Notes: a model not told the origin generated them from the letters alone. Shown: positions 17,556-26,805, numbered from the stretch's first letter. The stretch: DNA of 34,860 nt from Flavobacteriaceae bacterium (GCA_016649785.1 JAENXB010000001.1:1-34860); one strand, 5' to 3'. Numbers and translations: made by a program.

Positions 17556-20285
17556 TTGACAAAAATACCACTTATAGCATTGCGGACAAACTCAATTTAT
17601 ATTCTTTTTTCTAGTGTTATTTTGCTGTTGGCCCCTGAATTTTCTTTGGCTCAGGAAACTAAACCCGCAGGTGAAGTCCGCATTGAAGCTGAAAGGGACA
17701 GTATTGTACGCGTAGCAGATTCACTTTCTACCGCCTCCAGAATTGTGGAACAGGACACCATAAAAATAGATTCAGTAAAAACCAAGGCTCCTCTTTTATC
17801 TGATGTGATCACTTATAAGGCTGAAGATTATATGCGGATTAGCCGAAAAGAAAATCGGATGTATTTATTTGATCAGGCACAAATCACCTATGGGGATATG
17901 GTAATAACCGCAGGATTGATCATTATGGACAATGAAAAAAATGAAGTCTACGCTTACGGAATCCCGGATTCTACAGGCGCCTATTCCCAACGTCCCATAT
18001 TTACCCAGGCACAAAATACCATTGAGCCGGATTCGCTCCGATTTAATTTCGATTCCAAAAAAGCCCTGATCTATAATTCCAGAACCGAAGAAGGGTCTTT
18101 TAAAGTGCTGGGTGAGACTACCAAGCGTGAAAATGATTCGGTATATTTTATGCAAAATGTGCGTTTTACTACTTCTGAAAATGCGGAAGATCCCGATTAT
18201 TACTTTTATGCGCGAAAGATTAAATTTGTTCCCAAGAAAAAAATTGTCACCGGCCTGGTGAATATGTTCATTGCCGATGTGCCTACCCCCCTGGGTCTGC
18301 CTTTTGGGTATTTTCCCATGACCAATGAACAAACCTCTGGTTTTATTATCCCATCCTTCGGGCAAACCAACCGAAGGGGCTATTTTTTACAAAATGGAGG
18401 TTATTACTTTGCACTAAGTGATTATGCAGATTTATTGGCTTTAGGAGATTATTATACCAACGGGAGTTATGGTTTACGCCTGGAATCAAATTATGCGCTT
18501 AGATACCGCTTCCGCGGAAATGTCAATATCAGGTATGAGAACCTTCTTGAGAGTGAACGTGGATTTCCGGATTTCTCCCAACGTTCAGTATATAACCTTC
18601 AATGGTCACATTCACAGGATGCCAAGGCAAATCCAAATTCAAGATTTTCAGCATCGGTGAACCTTGGAAGCAGCGAATATTATCAGGCCTCTGTCAATCA
18701 GGCCAATTCCGCAAATTTCCTTAATAATTCCCTGAGTTCTTCGGTTTCGTATTCCAAGACCTTCCAGGGTGAGCCACAGGTCAATCTCAATGTGGTTGCT
18801 ACTCATTCACAAAATACCAATACCAAGGAAATAAATATGACCCTGCCTACAGTGCAGGCAAGTGTTTCCAGGATTTATCCGCTTGCGCCCAAGCTTGGCT
18901 CAAAAAAAGGATTGATACAAAATATCAACCTGCAATATAACTTTAGGGGAGAAAACAGGATCAGAACCACCGACTCTTTGTTTTTTAAGCCTGAAATGTT
19001 CCGTGACGCCAATTTTGGAGCCCAACATAGTATTCCCATATCAACAAACTTTAAATTATTTAAGTTCTTAAGTGTTAGTTCCAGTGCCAACTACCAGGAG
19101 ACTTGGGTTTTTAAAACATTTGACCGTTCTTTTGATCAAACTGCCAGGCAAGTTTTGATAGACACAGTGAGTGGATTTGACTCTTACCGCACTTATAATT
19201 TTAGCACCAGTATGGGGACTACACTTTACGGGTTGGTCAATTTTGGAAAGGAAAATAAAATTCAGGCCATAAGGCATGTAATGAGGCCTTCCATTAGTTA
19301 TAATATCAATCCCGGCTTTGACCAATATTACGATCAATATGAAATCGAGAATGAAGTTGACCCTTCCCTTAATGAATTTGTGGATTACTCAAGGTTTCAG
19401 GGTACATTGTTTGGTGCTCCGGGAAGATTGTTTGGAAGCTCTGTCGGGCTTTCCGTCAGCAATACCCTGGAAGCAAAAGTAAGAGATAAAGACAGTACAG
19501 CCACCGAACCAAAAAATATCAAACTTTTAAACAACTTTAGCGTGAGTACCGCTTATAATCTTGCTGGAGACTCTTTGCGACTGGCACCTATAAGTTTACG
19601 CGGAAGCATCCCTGTCATTCAAGACAAACTAGATGTGAACCTGTCAGCCAACCTTGATGTTTATGCCCTGGATAACAATAACAGGCGTATTGACAAATTG
19701 AATATGGATAATGGCGGAAGCCTTTTCCGGCTTACTTCGGCCAATATGAGTTTCGGATATTCGTTTTCCAGCAAGGATTTTGAAAAGGGCGAAAAAGAAG
19801 AAAGTACCGATAAACTTGATAATGAAACCTTCCGTAACGGAGGCAGGCCCGATGATCTTTTTGGGAAGTCAGCAGACCTGGATGGAAAATTCAATGAGGA
19901 AGAAGATGTTTTTGATAAAGAAGATAAGGCCGATAACCAATGGTATAATTACAAAATTCCATGGAACCTCCGTCTTGCTTATACAATGACCTATAACAAT
20001 TCGGCCAGGCAAAGTGAGATTACCTCGCATTCTATTATGTTTTCCGGAGACATTGAACTTTCCCCAAAATGGGTAGTGGGTACCTCCTCAGGATTTGATA
20101 TAAAAGCGAAGGGGTTCACTTATACCCAATTGAGGTTTCAGCGGGATCTGGACAGCTGGAGATTGAGTTTTAACTGGGTTCCCTTTAGTCCGCGCGCATC
20201 CTGGTATTTCTTTATCGGAATAAAATCTTCGATACTTAGCGATATTAAATACGACAAACGCCTTGAGCCGGATAGAAGACTTTAA
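17556..20285 (+). CDS. lptD: LPS-assembly protein LptD (Bacteroidota type); true start may be TTG at 17580
   Basis: Signal peptide ending SLA/Q, jelly-roll-like N-terminus, PTPLGLPFGYFP...SGFIIPSFG, GYFLQNGGYYF, C-terminal RDLDSW...F.IGIKSS.L.DIKY; divergent from the amidase. Confidence 0.88.
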   Translation: MTKIPLIALRTNSIYILFSSVILLLAPEFSLAQETKPAGEVRIEAERDSIVRVADSLSTASRIVEQDTIKIDSVKTKAPLLSDVITYKAEDYMRISRKENRMYLFDQAQITYGDMVITAGLIIMDNEKNEVYAYGIPDSTGAYSQRPIFTQAQNTIEPDSLRFNFDSKKALIYNSRTEEGSFKVLGETTKRENDSVYFMQNVRFTTSENAEDPDYYFYARKIKFVPKKKIVTGLVNMFIADVPTPLGLPFGYFPMTNEQTSGFIIPSFGQTNRRGYFLQNGGYYFALSDYADLLALGDYYTNGSYGLRLESNYALRYRFRGNVNIRYENLLESERGFPDFSQRSVYNLQWSHSQDAKANPNSRFSASVNLGSSEYYQASVNQANSANFLNNSLSSSVSYSKTFQGEPQVNLNVVATHSQNTNTKEINMTLPTVQASVSRIYPLAPKLGSKKGLIQNINLQYNFRGENRIRTTDSLFFKPEMFRDANFGAQHSIPISTNFKLFKFLSVSSSANYQETWVFKTFDRSFDQTARQVLIDTVSGFDSYRTYNFSTSMGTTLYGLVNFGKENKIQAIRHVMRPSISYNINPGFDQYYDQYEIENEVDPSLNEFVDYSRFQGTLFGAPGRLFGSSVGLSVSNTLEAKVRDKDSTATEPKNIKLLNNFSVSTAYNLAGDSLRLAPISLRGSIPVIQDKLDVNLSANLDVYALDNNNRRIDKLNMDNGGSLFRLTSANMSFGYSFSSKDFEKGEKEESTDKLDNETFRNGGRPDDLFGKSADLDGKFNEEEDVFDKEDKADNQWYNYKIPWNLRLAYTMTYNNSARQSEITSHSIMFSGDIELSPKWVVGTSSGFDIKAKGFTYTQLRFQRDLDSWRLSFNWVPFSPRASWYFFIGIKSSILSDIKYDKRLEPDRRL

Positions 20286-20301
20286 TTTGAGTATTGTATT
20301 G

Positions 20302-20336
20302 AGATTTTAGATGTGAGAATATAGATAAGAGATTTT
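20302..20336. repeat. Degenerate 7-bp tandem array (AGAnnnn type), 5 units
   Basis: AGATTTT AGATGTG AGAATAT AGATAAG AGATTTT; reverse-complement type of the arrays at 1151 and 4605. Confidence 0.75.
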
Positions 20337-20404
20337 AAGATAACAATGTATTTGCGGGAAATAAGGCTTTGATAAATATTCGTGTATTCGTGGCAAAATA
20401 TCAG

Positions 20405-20439
20405 AGTTAGGAAATAAGAAACAAGAGCCAAGACTAAAG
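20405..20439. repeat. Degenerate 7-bp tandem array (AnnnAAG type), 5 units
   Basis: AGTTAGG AAATAAG AAACAAG AGCCAAG ACTAAAG. Confidence 0.6.
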
Positions 20440-20442
20440 AAG

Positions 20443-20522
20443 TGACGGATTAACGAATCTTCGAAATAACGAATTAACTAATTAACGAATCTTCGAATCA
20501 ACAAATTGACAAATTAACAATT
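20443..20522. repeat. Degenerate 8-bp tandem array (TAACGAAT type), 10 units
   Basis: TGACGGAT TAACGAAT CTTCGAAA TAACGAAT TAACTAAT TAACGAAT CTTCGAAT CAACAAAT TGACAAAT TAACAATT, ending 6 nt before the ridA ATG. Confidence 0.85.
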
Positions 20523-20528
20523 ATAGAA

Positions 20529-20909
20529 ATGAAAAAAATAATTAAAACAACGAATGCCCCGGCACCAATAGGGCCTTACAACCAGGCTGTTTTAAGCGGA
20601 AATATGCTTTTTATCTCAGGGCAAATCGCCATAAATCCCAAAACCAGTGAGTTGGAAACCAACAATTTGGAAGAGGAAACAAAGTTGGTAATGGAAAACC
20701 TGAATGCAATTTTAACCGAAGCGGGAATGACTTTTGAAAATGTGGTAAAAACCTCAATTTTCATCAGTGATATGAATAATTTTGCAAAGATAAACCAGGT
20801 TTACGGCAATTATTTCAATGCCGATACCGCGCCTGCGAGAGAAACGGTAGAAGTTTCTAATTTACCTAAATTCGTCAATGTTGAAATTAGTGCTATTGCA
20901 GTTAAATAG
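20529..20909 (+). CDS. ridA: RidA/YjgF/UK114 family enamine/imine deaminase
   Basis: APAPIGPYNQA, SGQI, VVKT, PAR with catalytic Arg, VEI.AIA. Confidence 0.93.
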   Translation: MKKIIKTTNAPAPIGPYNQAVLSGNMLFISGQIAINPKTSELETNNLEEETKLVMENLNAILTEAGMTFENVVKTSIFISDMNNFAKINQVYGNYFNADTAPARETVEVSNLPKFVNVEISAIAVK

Positions 20910-21264
20910 CCTTAATAAGCAAGGTTGCGGTTGCGGGATTTGTAGCCAATGGAATATTATGAACGTCGCATAAGCGCATCAACATAAATATATCGGGTTC
21001 GTGAGGATGTTTATCCAGTGGATCGCGAAAGAAAAGTACCATATCTATCTTTCCCTCGGCTACACGAGATGCAATTTGGGCATCTCCTCCCATTGGTCCT
21101 GAAAGCAATTTTTCTACTTGAAAACCCGCTGCTTCAGTTTTTGCACCTGTTGTTCCAGTAGCTACCAGTTTAATTTCTTTGGAATGAAGGATCTCCTGAT
21201 TTTCGTTTAGAAACTGAACCATTTCGGCTTTTTTTCCGTTGTGGGCGATAATAGCTATTGTCAT
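20902..21264 (-). CDS. mgsA: Methylglyoxal synthase
   Basis: IAIIAH.GKK, ATGTTG, SGPMGGDAQI, FFRDP, PHEPD, RLCDV, ATN.ATA. Confidence 0.93.
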   Translation of the reverse strand: MTIAIIAHNGKKAEMVQFLNENQEILHSKEIKLVATGTTGAKTEAAGFQVEKLLSGPMGGDAQIASRVAEGKIDMVLFFRDPLDKHPHEPDIFMLMRLCDVHNIPLATNPATATLLIKAI

Positions 21265-21268
21265 TTTC

Positions 21269-22255
21269 TTAAGTTGATAAAATATCTGAGATCCTTAATA
21301 ACTCCTTGTTGATGTTGTGTTTGCTTTGTAAAGCTTCTTCCAGACTGCAGGCTTGCACCTTATTATTTATAAAGCCAACCATTAAATTCTGCTGACCATC
21401 CAACAGTAATTCCACCGCCTTCACGCATAACCTGCTGGCTAATACCCTGTCAAAACAGGAAGGACTTCCCCCACGCTGAATATGACCTAATACCGTAACC
21501 CTGGCATCGTAATCCGGTAGATTATTTATCACATATTCAGCCAGTTCAAATACGTTTTTACCTATTTTATCACCCTCAGAAACCACCACTATACTGGATG
21601 TTTTTCCGGAACGACGACTTCTTTCCAAAGAATCCAATAAGCGTTCCAGTCCCAAATCTTCCTCCGGGATCAAAATTTCTTCAGCACCGGCACCAACTCC
21701 GCTGTTTAATGCAATAAATCCTGCATCCCTGCCCATTACCTCCACAAAGAACAATCGGTTATGAGAACTTGCCGTATCCCTTATTTTATCGATTGCTTCT
21801 ACAACGGTATTCAAGGCTGTATCATATCCAATTGTAGCATTGGTACCGGAAATATCATTGTCAATAGTTCCCGGGACGCCAATAATGGGAATATGATGTT
21901 CCTGGCTAAATATTTTACCGCCTCTAAAAGTTCCATCACCTCCAATGAGGATCATTGCATCAACTTTAGCCCTTTTGAGGTTATCGGCTGCCTTTTTCCT
22001 GCCTTCAACGGTAAAAAAATCTTTAGACCGGGCAGATTTTAAGATAGTTCCTCCTCTTGAGATAATATTTCGAACGCTTCTGGCATCTAATTCTATATAA
22101 TCTCCTTCTATCATTCCCTGAAATCCCCGATAAAATCCCACACATTGCGTATTATAATATGCACAAGTTCTCGCCACAGCACGAATTGCCGCATTCATTC
22201 CTGGAGAATCCCCCCCGGAGGTCATCACCCCAATTCGATAAATTCTTTTTGCCAT
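21269..22255 (-). CDS. pfkA: ATP-dependent 6-phosphofructokinase
   Basis: TSGGDSPGMNAA, GGDGT, PGTIDND, EVMGR, LGHIQRGG; Gly at both phosphoryl-donor signature positions indicates ATP type. Confidence 0.97.
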   Translation of the reverse strand: MAKRIYRIGVMTSGGDSPGMNAAIRAVARTCAYYNTQCVGFYRGFQGMIEGDYIELDARSVRNIISRGGTILKSARSKDFFTVEGRKKAADNLKRAKVDAMILIGGDGTFRGGKIFSQEHHIPIIGVPGTIDNDISGTNATIGYDTALNTVVEAIDKIRDTASSHNRLFFVEVMGRDAGFIALNSGVGAGAEEILIPEEDLGLERLLDSLERSRRSGKTSSIVVVSEGDKIGKNVFELAEYVINNLPDYDARVTVLGHIQRGGSPSCFDRVLASRLCVKAVELLLDGQQNLMVGFINNKVQACSLEEALQSKHNINKELLRISDILST

Positions 22256-22280
22256 TTTTTTCTATTAAAACTTAAATTTA

Positions 22281-22311
22281 CAAAGATTATTCAATACGGT
22301 TGTTGCCCAAA
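22281..22311 (-). promoter_or_regulatory. Candidate -33/-7 promoter for pfkA-mgsA
   Basis: Minus strand TTTG (22311-22308), 19 nt, AATCTTTG (22288-22281; one mismatch to TAnnTTTG). Confidence 0.55.
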
Positions 22312-22349
22312 GTTTTATTGACCGAAATTTAATTTACAATAAGTCAAGC

Positions 22350-25300
22350 CTATTGCTTGGGAAAGACAATATAATCCGGAGCCAAGGATTTAGCCGATTC
22401 TTCCTGCTCAATTTCTTCTTCAGATTTTATCATCTTCTTATTCAGGATTTTTCGAATAAGTTCATTAAAAGTATCAAAATCTACAGAATATGAAAGCCCA
22501 ACCCCCTGGGTAAATCCTATTTCTTCTCCTATATACTGAATGTTGTTTTCCCTGTTAAAAATTTTCGCCCTAAGGGAGCCATCTTCATTCAAAAGGAATT
22601 CAATTTCAAAATCGCCCACAATTACCGATTCTGTCATTCCTCCAACGGGAACCCCTACCTGGCCATTGATGAGCACACGTTTGCTTATTTGAGTTGAAAG
22701 TGTTAACCCAAACCTATCTACCGTTGATTGATCTGGGGTTCGGTCTCCCTGAACATAATTTACCCCAACCTGAAATTTTCCATCTTCGTCTGCAAAAATA
22801 TCATTTACCAAACTGGAAGCCCGTTCAACCAAAGTCCCGGTAATTGCGTTTTGGCCAATGGCAAATTCACTGTAGAACATTCCTTGTGTTACCAGGAATA
22901 ATGCCTGTAATTCCCTGCTTGCCCTGTCGTTCATCCTGTATTCCAGTTCAGATCGAACAACAGAACTTACATGTGGAAATTCTACCTCAAAGGTTATTTC
23001 CGGTTGGGCGATCTGACCTTGTAAAAGAATAATTACCTCTACCGGTATTTTTCGGTTTATGGATGGATTTTCCAGCAAAATAGCGGGATTGGCGTTAACC
23101 TCGTAAACCGCGCTTACATCCAATTGTGCCTGTGAAGGACTGCCTCCCCAGTTAATACTTCCTCCGGATTTTACCTTAAATATTTTTTGGACCAGGCTTG
23201 CGTATTTAAAATTATAAACTCCCTGGTATACCACAAAATCCCCCCACATATTGAACTTTCCATTGGTATTTATTTCTATTAGCAGGTTCCCTGCTCCTCT
23301 ACCCCTTAAAGTACTTCCACTGGTTTGATCTACCACTATCTCAACTTCTGCATCATTGGTAATATCCAGGTCAAAATTAAGTTCCAGGCCTTTTACCTCG
23401 GGAGTTTTTAATATTTCCCCTGCCAATCGGGAAGCCTTTTCTTCCGGGCTTAAAAAATGTATATAGGAATTGTCTCCTACAGATTCTGCATCACTCAACG
23501 GAATCTTGAAAATAGTTCCCCTGGCCGTCGTGGCATTTACGTTTATCACCAGCTCATCTGTCGGGCCTTTAATACTTGCATTACCATCAATAAATGCAGT
23601 CCCGTAATACAATGCATCTTCTTCTGCACTGGTGTTTAAAACAAGAAGCCTGTCAGTGGTTATTTCCAGATCCAAAAACCATTGTTTAAAATTTTTATGG
23701 GAAATGGTTCCATCCAAAATACCTTTGGTCTTGAATTTTGTATCAATAATTTCAATTTTGTTGAAATTGAACTGTTGTTCGGATAAATCCACAACTGCCT
23801 GATCCTTAAAATCAAAATCTATATTCAAATAAGGAACCCGCAATCCTGCTTTATCCAAAAGAAGTTTTCCTGAAATATCCGGATTCTTGTAAATTCCGCT
23901 CACTTTCGCGTCTCCGGAGGCAAAACCCCTGATTTTATCTATAGCATCTCGCCCAAGTGGACTGAATGCACTCATATTAAAATTGCGAAGGGCCACATCC
24001 AGATCAATAGTAGGTTTCCCTACACCAACATTAATCCCCCCTTGGGCATTCAACGATTCAAAGCCGTTTTTCCTCAGGGTGGCATCTATGTTGTAAAAAG
24101 TAAGATCCTGATTTCCATCTACATCTATTTCCAGCTTACCAAGCTGATTCTCGTTTATGGCCAGACCATCAATAGTGAGAGAAGTATTGGGAAGGTAGGC
24201 GCCTTTTTCCTGGAACAAATGAAGTTTTCCGTTTAGAGTTCCCTCAAGGGCAAGGTTTTTAATTACCGGAGTGATCTTTTCTATATCCACCTCATTAAAT
24301 TCGATCCTGAAATCTTTGTAAGTTGAATCAATCATCTGACCGCTCAAGCTTATCCTTTCATTTTGATGGCTTAATACCAGCGAATCTATCGCGACATCAT
24401 TTAATTTTTTGTCGAAAACGATCTTGTTGTTCTTATTGTTATTTTCATTTAAATACCAGATGTTTTCCTTGAACTTCACATCTGAGCGCTGAATTCCTAC
24501 TACAGATTTGTTCTGTTCGTTGATAGTATGAAAGAAGTTCAGGTTAAAAACATCGTTGTTGTCTTTACCTCCCTGTAATTCAGACCTGATGAACAAGGTG
24601 TCGCGCAAGGTAACATTGATAAGACTGAATTCAGAAAAATTATAATAATCGGTGGCAACACTATCAGCTTCAACAAAGGTGTTATAAATGGGGTTTGTAT
24701 TATCTACCTGGATATTGACATCCTTCAGCATATTGCCGAAGGCTTCAATTTTAGGCGATTTAAAAGTTAATTTGAATTCCGATTCATCCGATTCTACCCT
24801 TCCCCGAATATAAGTATTGGGAGCCAGCGTGACCTCCGGAAAAAACACTTCGACAATCTTATTGTAAATGTCAAAGTTAAATTCCATATACTGATCGTTG
24901 GTAATGATATTCGCCCTGTAATTGGTATAAATACTTCCTATGGAGTTTTCTATCAGGGCCACAACTTCCTTAACCTTAAAAAGCCCCGAAACCTCTCCGT
25001 TGATAACATCGGGAGAATTCACTGCTATTGTTCGCACCTTTTCTTCATTAAAACTGGAAGTCACGCTTAGATCATCAAAATAATACAGATCATTCTGATT
25101 TTGGTAAGAGGTGTTCAAAAACAAAATATTTCCATAAACATTATCGAAATTGTTTCCTTGCATATTCATCATAATATCCCCTTTGAATATGGAGATGGAA
25201 TCCCGGGAAACAAAATTCAGGATATTTAAATCGGCGTAGTCCACAGAGGCTTCAAAATCGTATTTATTCTCAATTTTCGAAATATCCACAAGCCCGTTGA

Positions 25301-26750
25301 ATTCCAATTTTAAATTGGGATCATTTGAGACCAGGTTTCCGTTAAAAACTGAATTTCGCAGGGTTCCCAGTATTAAAATATCAGAATAGGTATAGTTGTT
25401 AAAATTTATTTTTGAAATTCTTCCCCGTACCTGGGTATTCAAGCTTTCTGCGGTAAAACCTTTTCCATCCACATTGAGGTTAAAGCTTGTTTTTCCAAGA
25501 TCTTCATTATCCAATAATTTTCCAATATTGAAATCATTAAAAACAAGATTTCCTTTATAGGCGGTAATCGCGGAATTGTCGGTATTCCTTAAAATGATAT
25601 CGGCTTTAGCGCTTCTCAATTGAGTAGCTATCACCACATTGGCATCAAGGGAGTTTTTAGTAAGCACGGTAGTTCCCTGGAGCTGCAAATTGCCAAATTC
25701 CCGAAGGGTTACCGGTAATTTGCCGCGTAAAACAGTAGGAAGTAAGTGAATAAGATCGTAATAATTTGACGCTAGTTCCTTAAAATCCCCGGTGAGCTTA
25801 AAGTTTTTCATTTCCTCAGAAAAAACCCCTTCCACGTTCACCGTTCCATTGATGATGCTTCGGTCCATTCCGTTTACCTGTAGATCTTCAAGTTTAAAAT
25901 CGTTCAAAGTTCCAGTGAAATTGGAAGTGATGTTCAATTTTTCATTCTCTCCAAAGGCATTGTAGAAAAGTTTCAGATCATTGGTGGAGAATCGTGAATT
26001 TTTAAAAGTGGCGTCTATTTTAACCTTATTTATAAAATCGGAAAAATCGGCGATGGTATAGTTGAGATCAATATCTGCAGCTACTTTTGAGTAAGCCGTT
26101 TCCAATTCCACACCCTTGGCATTCATATTTGTAGGACTGTAGAAAAACGTGGTGTTAAAATCTTTAATTTTGATACCCCTGCCTTCTTCCGCTTGCATTG
26201 AATTGATCTCAACAGTAAAACTATCTTCTATCACCTTCAATTTTTCAGCCTGAAGATCCAGCTTATTCAAAACAATAATTTCAGGCGATTCAAAGTTTTC
26301 ATCTACATAGCTGTAATATCCATTTGAAATAAATATATACTTTACTGCAAGGAAAAACGGCTTTGGTTCTCCGGTGGGTTCAGTTTTAAGTTTTTCTAAT
26401 AAAATACTTAAATTATCCGAATCTTCCCCGGCATATCGCTTCATTTTGAAGGTAAAACCTTCAGCAGATGTACTTCCCATAGTTGGGTTGTTGGCAATAA
26501 GATTGGTCAAGCTTAAAATGGAAGTTCGCAGTTCGTCAATATGCAATAAGGTATCCTGATGGTGATCTTTCACCATGACTTCATTCAATTTTATCTTTCC
26601 AAAATAGGAAAAACTCACCTTCCCCACAGAGATATCGACATCTGAGCGCTCTTGAAAGGAATTTGTCAACCTTTTTGCAACCGAGGTTTGGATGGCAGGG
26701 ATGGAAAACAAAATCAATAAAAGCACCAAAAACAATAACAGCGCGACCAC
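22350..26750 (-). CDS. tamB: Translocation/assembly module TamB-like protein (AsmA-like); true start possibly 26783
   Basis: 1466-aa ORF, N-terminal signal anchor followed by P.IQT, long beta-taco-like repeats, C-terminal DUF490-like region (G.Y.F, GGSINWGG.P, QGVGLSY..DF). Confidence 0.88.
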   Translation of the reverse strand: MVALLLFLVLLLILFSIPAIQTSVAKRLTNSFQERSDVDISVGKVSFSYFGKIKLNEVMVKDHHQDTLLHIDELRTSILSLTNLIANNPTMGSTSAEGFTFKMKRYAGEDSDNLSILLEKLKTEPTGEPKPFFLAVKYIFISNGYYSYVDENFESPEIIVLNKLDLQAEKLKVIEDSFTVEINSMQAEEGRGIKIKDFNTTFFYSPTNMNAKGVELETAYSKVAADIDLNYTIADFSDFINKVKIDATFKNSRFSTNDLKLFYNAFGENEKLNITSNFTGTLNDFKLEDLQVNGMDRSIINGTVNVEGVFSEEMKNFKLTGDFKELASNYYDLIHLLPTVLRGKLPVTLREFGNLQLQGTTVLTKNSLDANVVIATQLRSAKADIILRNTDNSAITAYKGNLVFNDFNIGKLLDNEDLGKTSFNLNVDGKGFTAESLNTQVRGRISKINFNNYTYSDILILGTLRNSVFNGNLVSNDPNLKLEFNGLVDISKIENKYDFEASVDYADLNILNFVSRDSISIFKGDIMMNMQGNNFDNVYGNILFLNTSYQNQNDLYYFDDLSVTSSFNEEKVRTIAVNSPDVINGEVSGLFKVKEVVALIENSIGSIYTNYRANIITNDQYMEFNFDIYNKIVEVFFPEVTLAPNTYIRGRVESDESEFKLTFKSPKIEAFGNMLKDVNIQVDNTNPIYNTFVEADSVATDYYNFSEFSLINVTLRDTLFIRSELQGGKDNNDVFNLNFFHTINEQNKSVVGIQRSDVKFKENIWYLNENNNKNNKIVFDKKLNDVAIDSLVLSHQNERISLSGQMIDSTYKDFRIEFNEVDIEKITPVIKNLALEGTLNGKLHLFQEKGAYLPNTSLTIDGLAINENQLGKLEIDVDGNQDLTFYNIDATLRKNGFESLNAQGGINVGVGKPTIDLDVALRNFNMSAFSPLGRDAIDKIRGFASGDAKVSGIYKNPDISGKLLLDKAGLRVPYLNIDFDFKDQAVVDLSEQQFNFNKIEIIDTKFKTKGILDGTISHKNFKQWFLDLEITTDRLLVLNTSAEEDALYYGTAFIDGNASIKGPTDELVINVNATTARGTIFKIPLSDAESVGDNSYIHFLSPEEKASRLAGEILKTPEVKGLELNFDLDITNDAEVEIVVDQTSGSTLRGRGAGNLLIEINTNGKFNMWGDFVVYQGVYNFKYASLVQKIFKVKSGGSINWGGSPSQAQLDVSAVYEVNANPAILLENPSINRKIPVEVIILLQGQIAQPEITFEVEFPHVSSVVRSELEYRMNDRASRELQALFLVTQGMFYSEFAIGQNAITGTLVERASSLVNDIFADEDGKFQVGVNYVQGDRTPDQSTVDRFGLTLSTQISKRVLINGQVGVPVGGMTESVIVGDFEIEFLLNEDGSLRAKIFNRENNIQYIGEEIGFTQGVGLSYSVDFDTFNELIRKILNKKMIKSEEEIEQEESAKSLAPDYIVFPKQ

Positions 26751-26797
26751 TGTTTTAAATAGTATTTTTAAGAATTTTTTGATATGCTTTTAAATTT

Positions 26798-26805
26798 TAA
26801 CTTTG
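26798..26805 (+). promoter_or_regulatory. -7 promoter element for tsaD-rsmE
   Basis: TAACTTTG exact match, 38 nt upstream of the tsaD ATG. Confidence 0.6.

Noticed and set aside
17530-17556. Apparent frameshifted or stopped N-terminus of lptD
   Set aside because: The upstream TTG is part of the promoter motif and an intact signal peptide exists downstream; no evidence of a pseudogene.
17865-18365. 166-aa antisense ORF in lptD, and the other short ORFs nested in long genes
   Set aside because: Shadow ORFs of well-supported genes, with no motifs or independent signals.
20443-20522. CRISPR array interpretation of the tandem repeats
   Set aside because: Units are 7-8 bp and contiguous, with no unique spacers and no cas genes.
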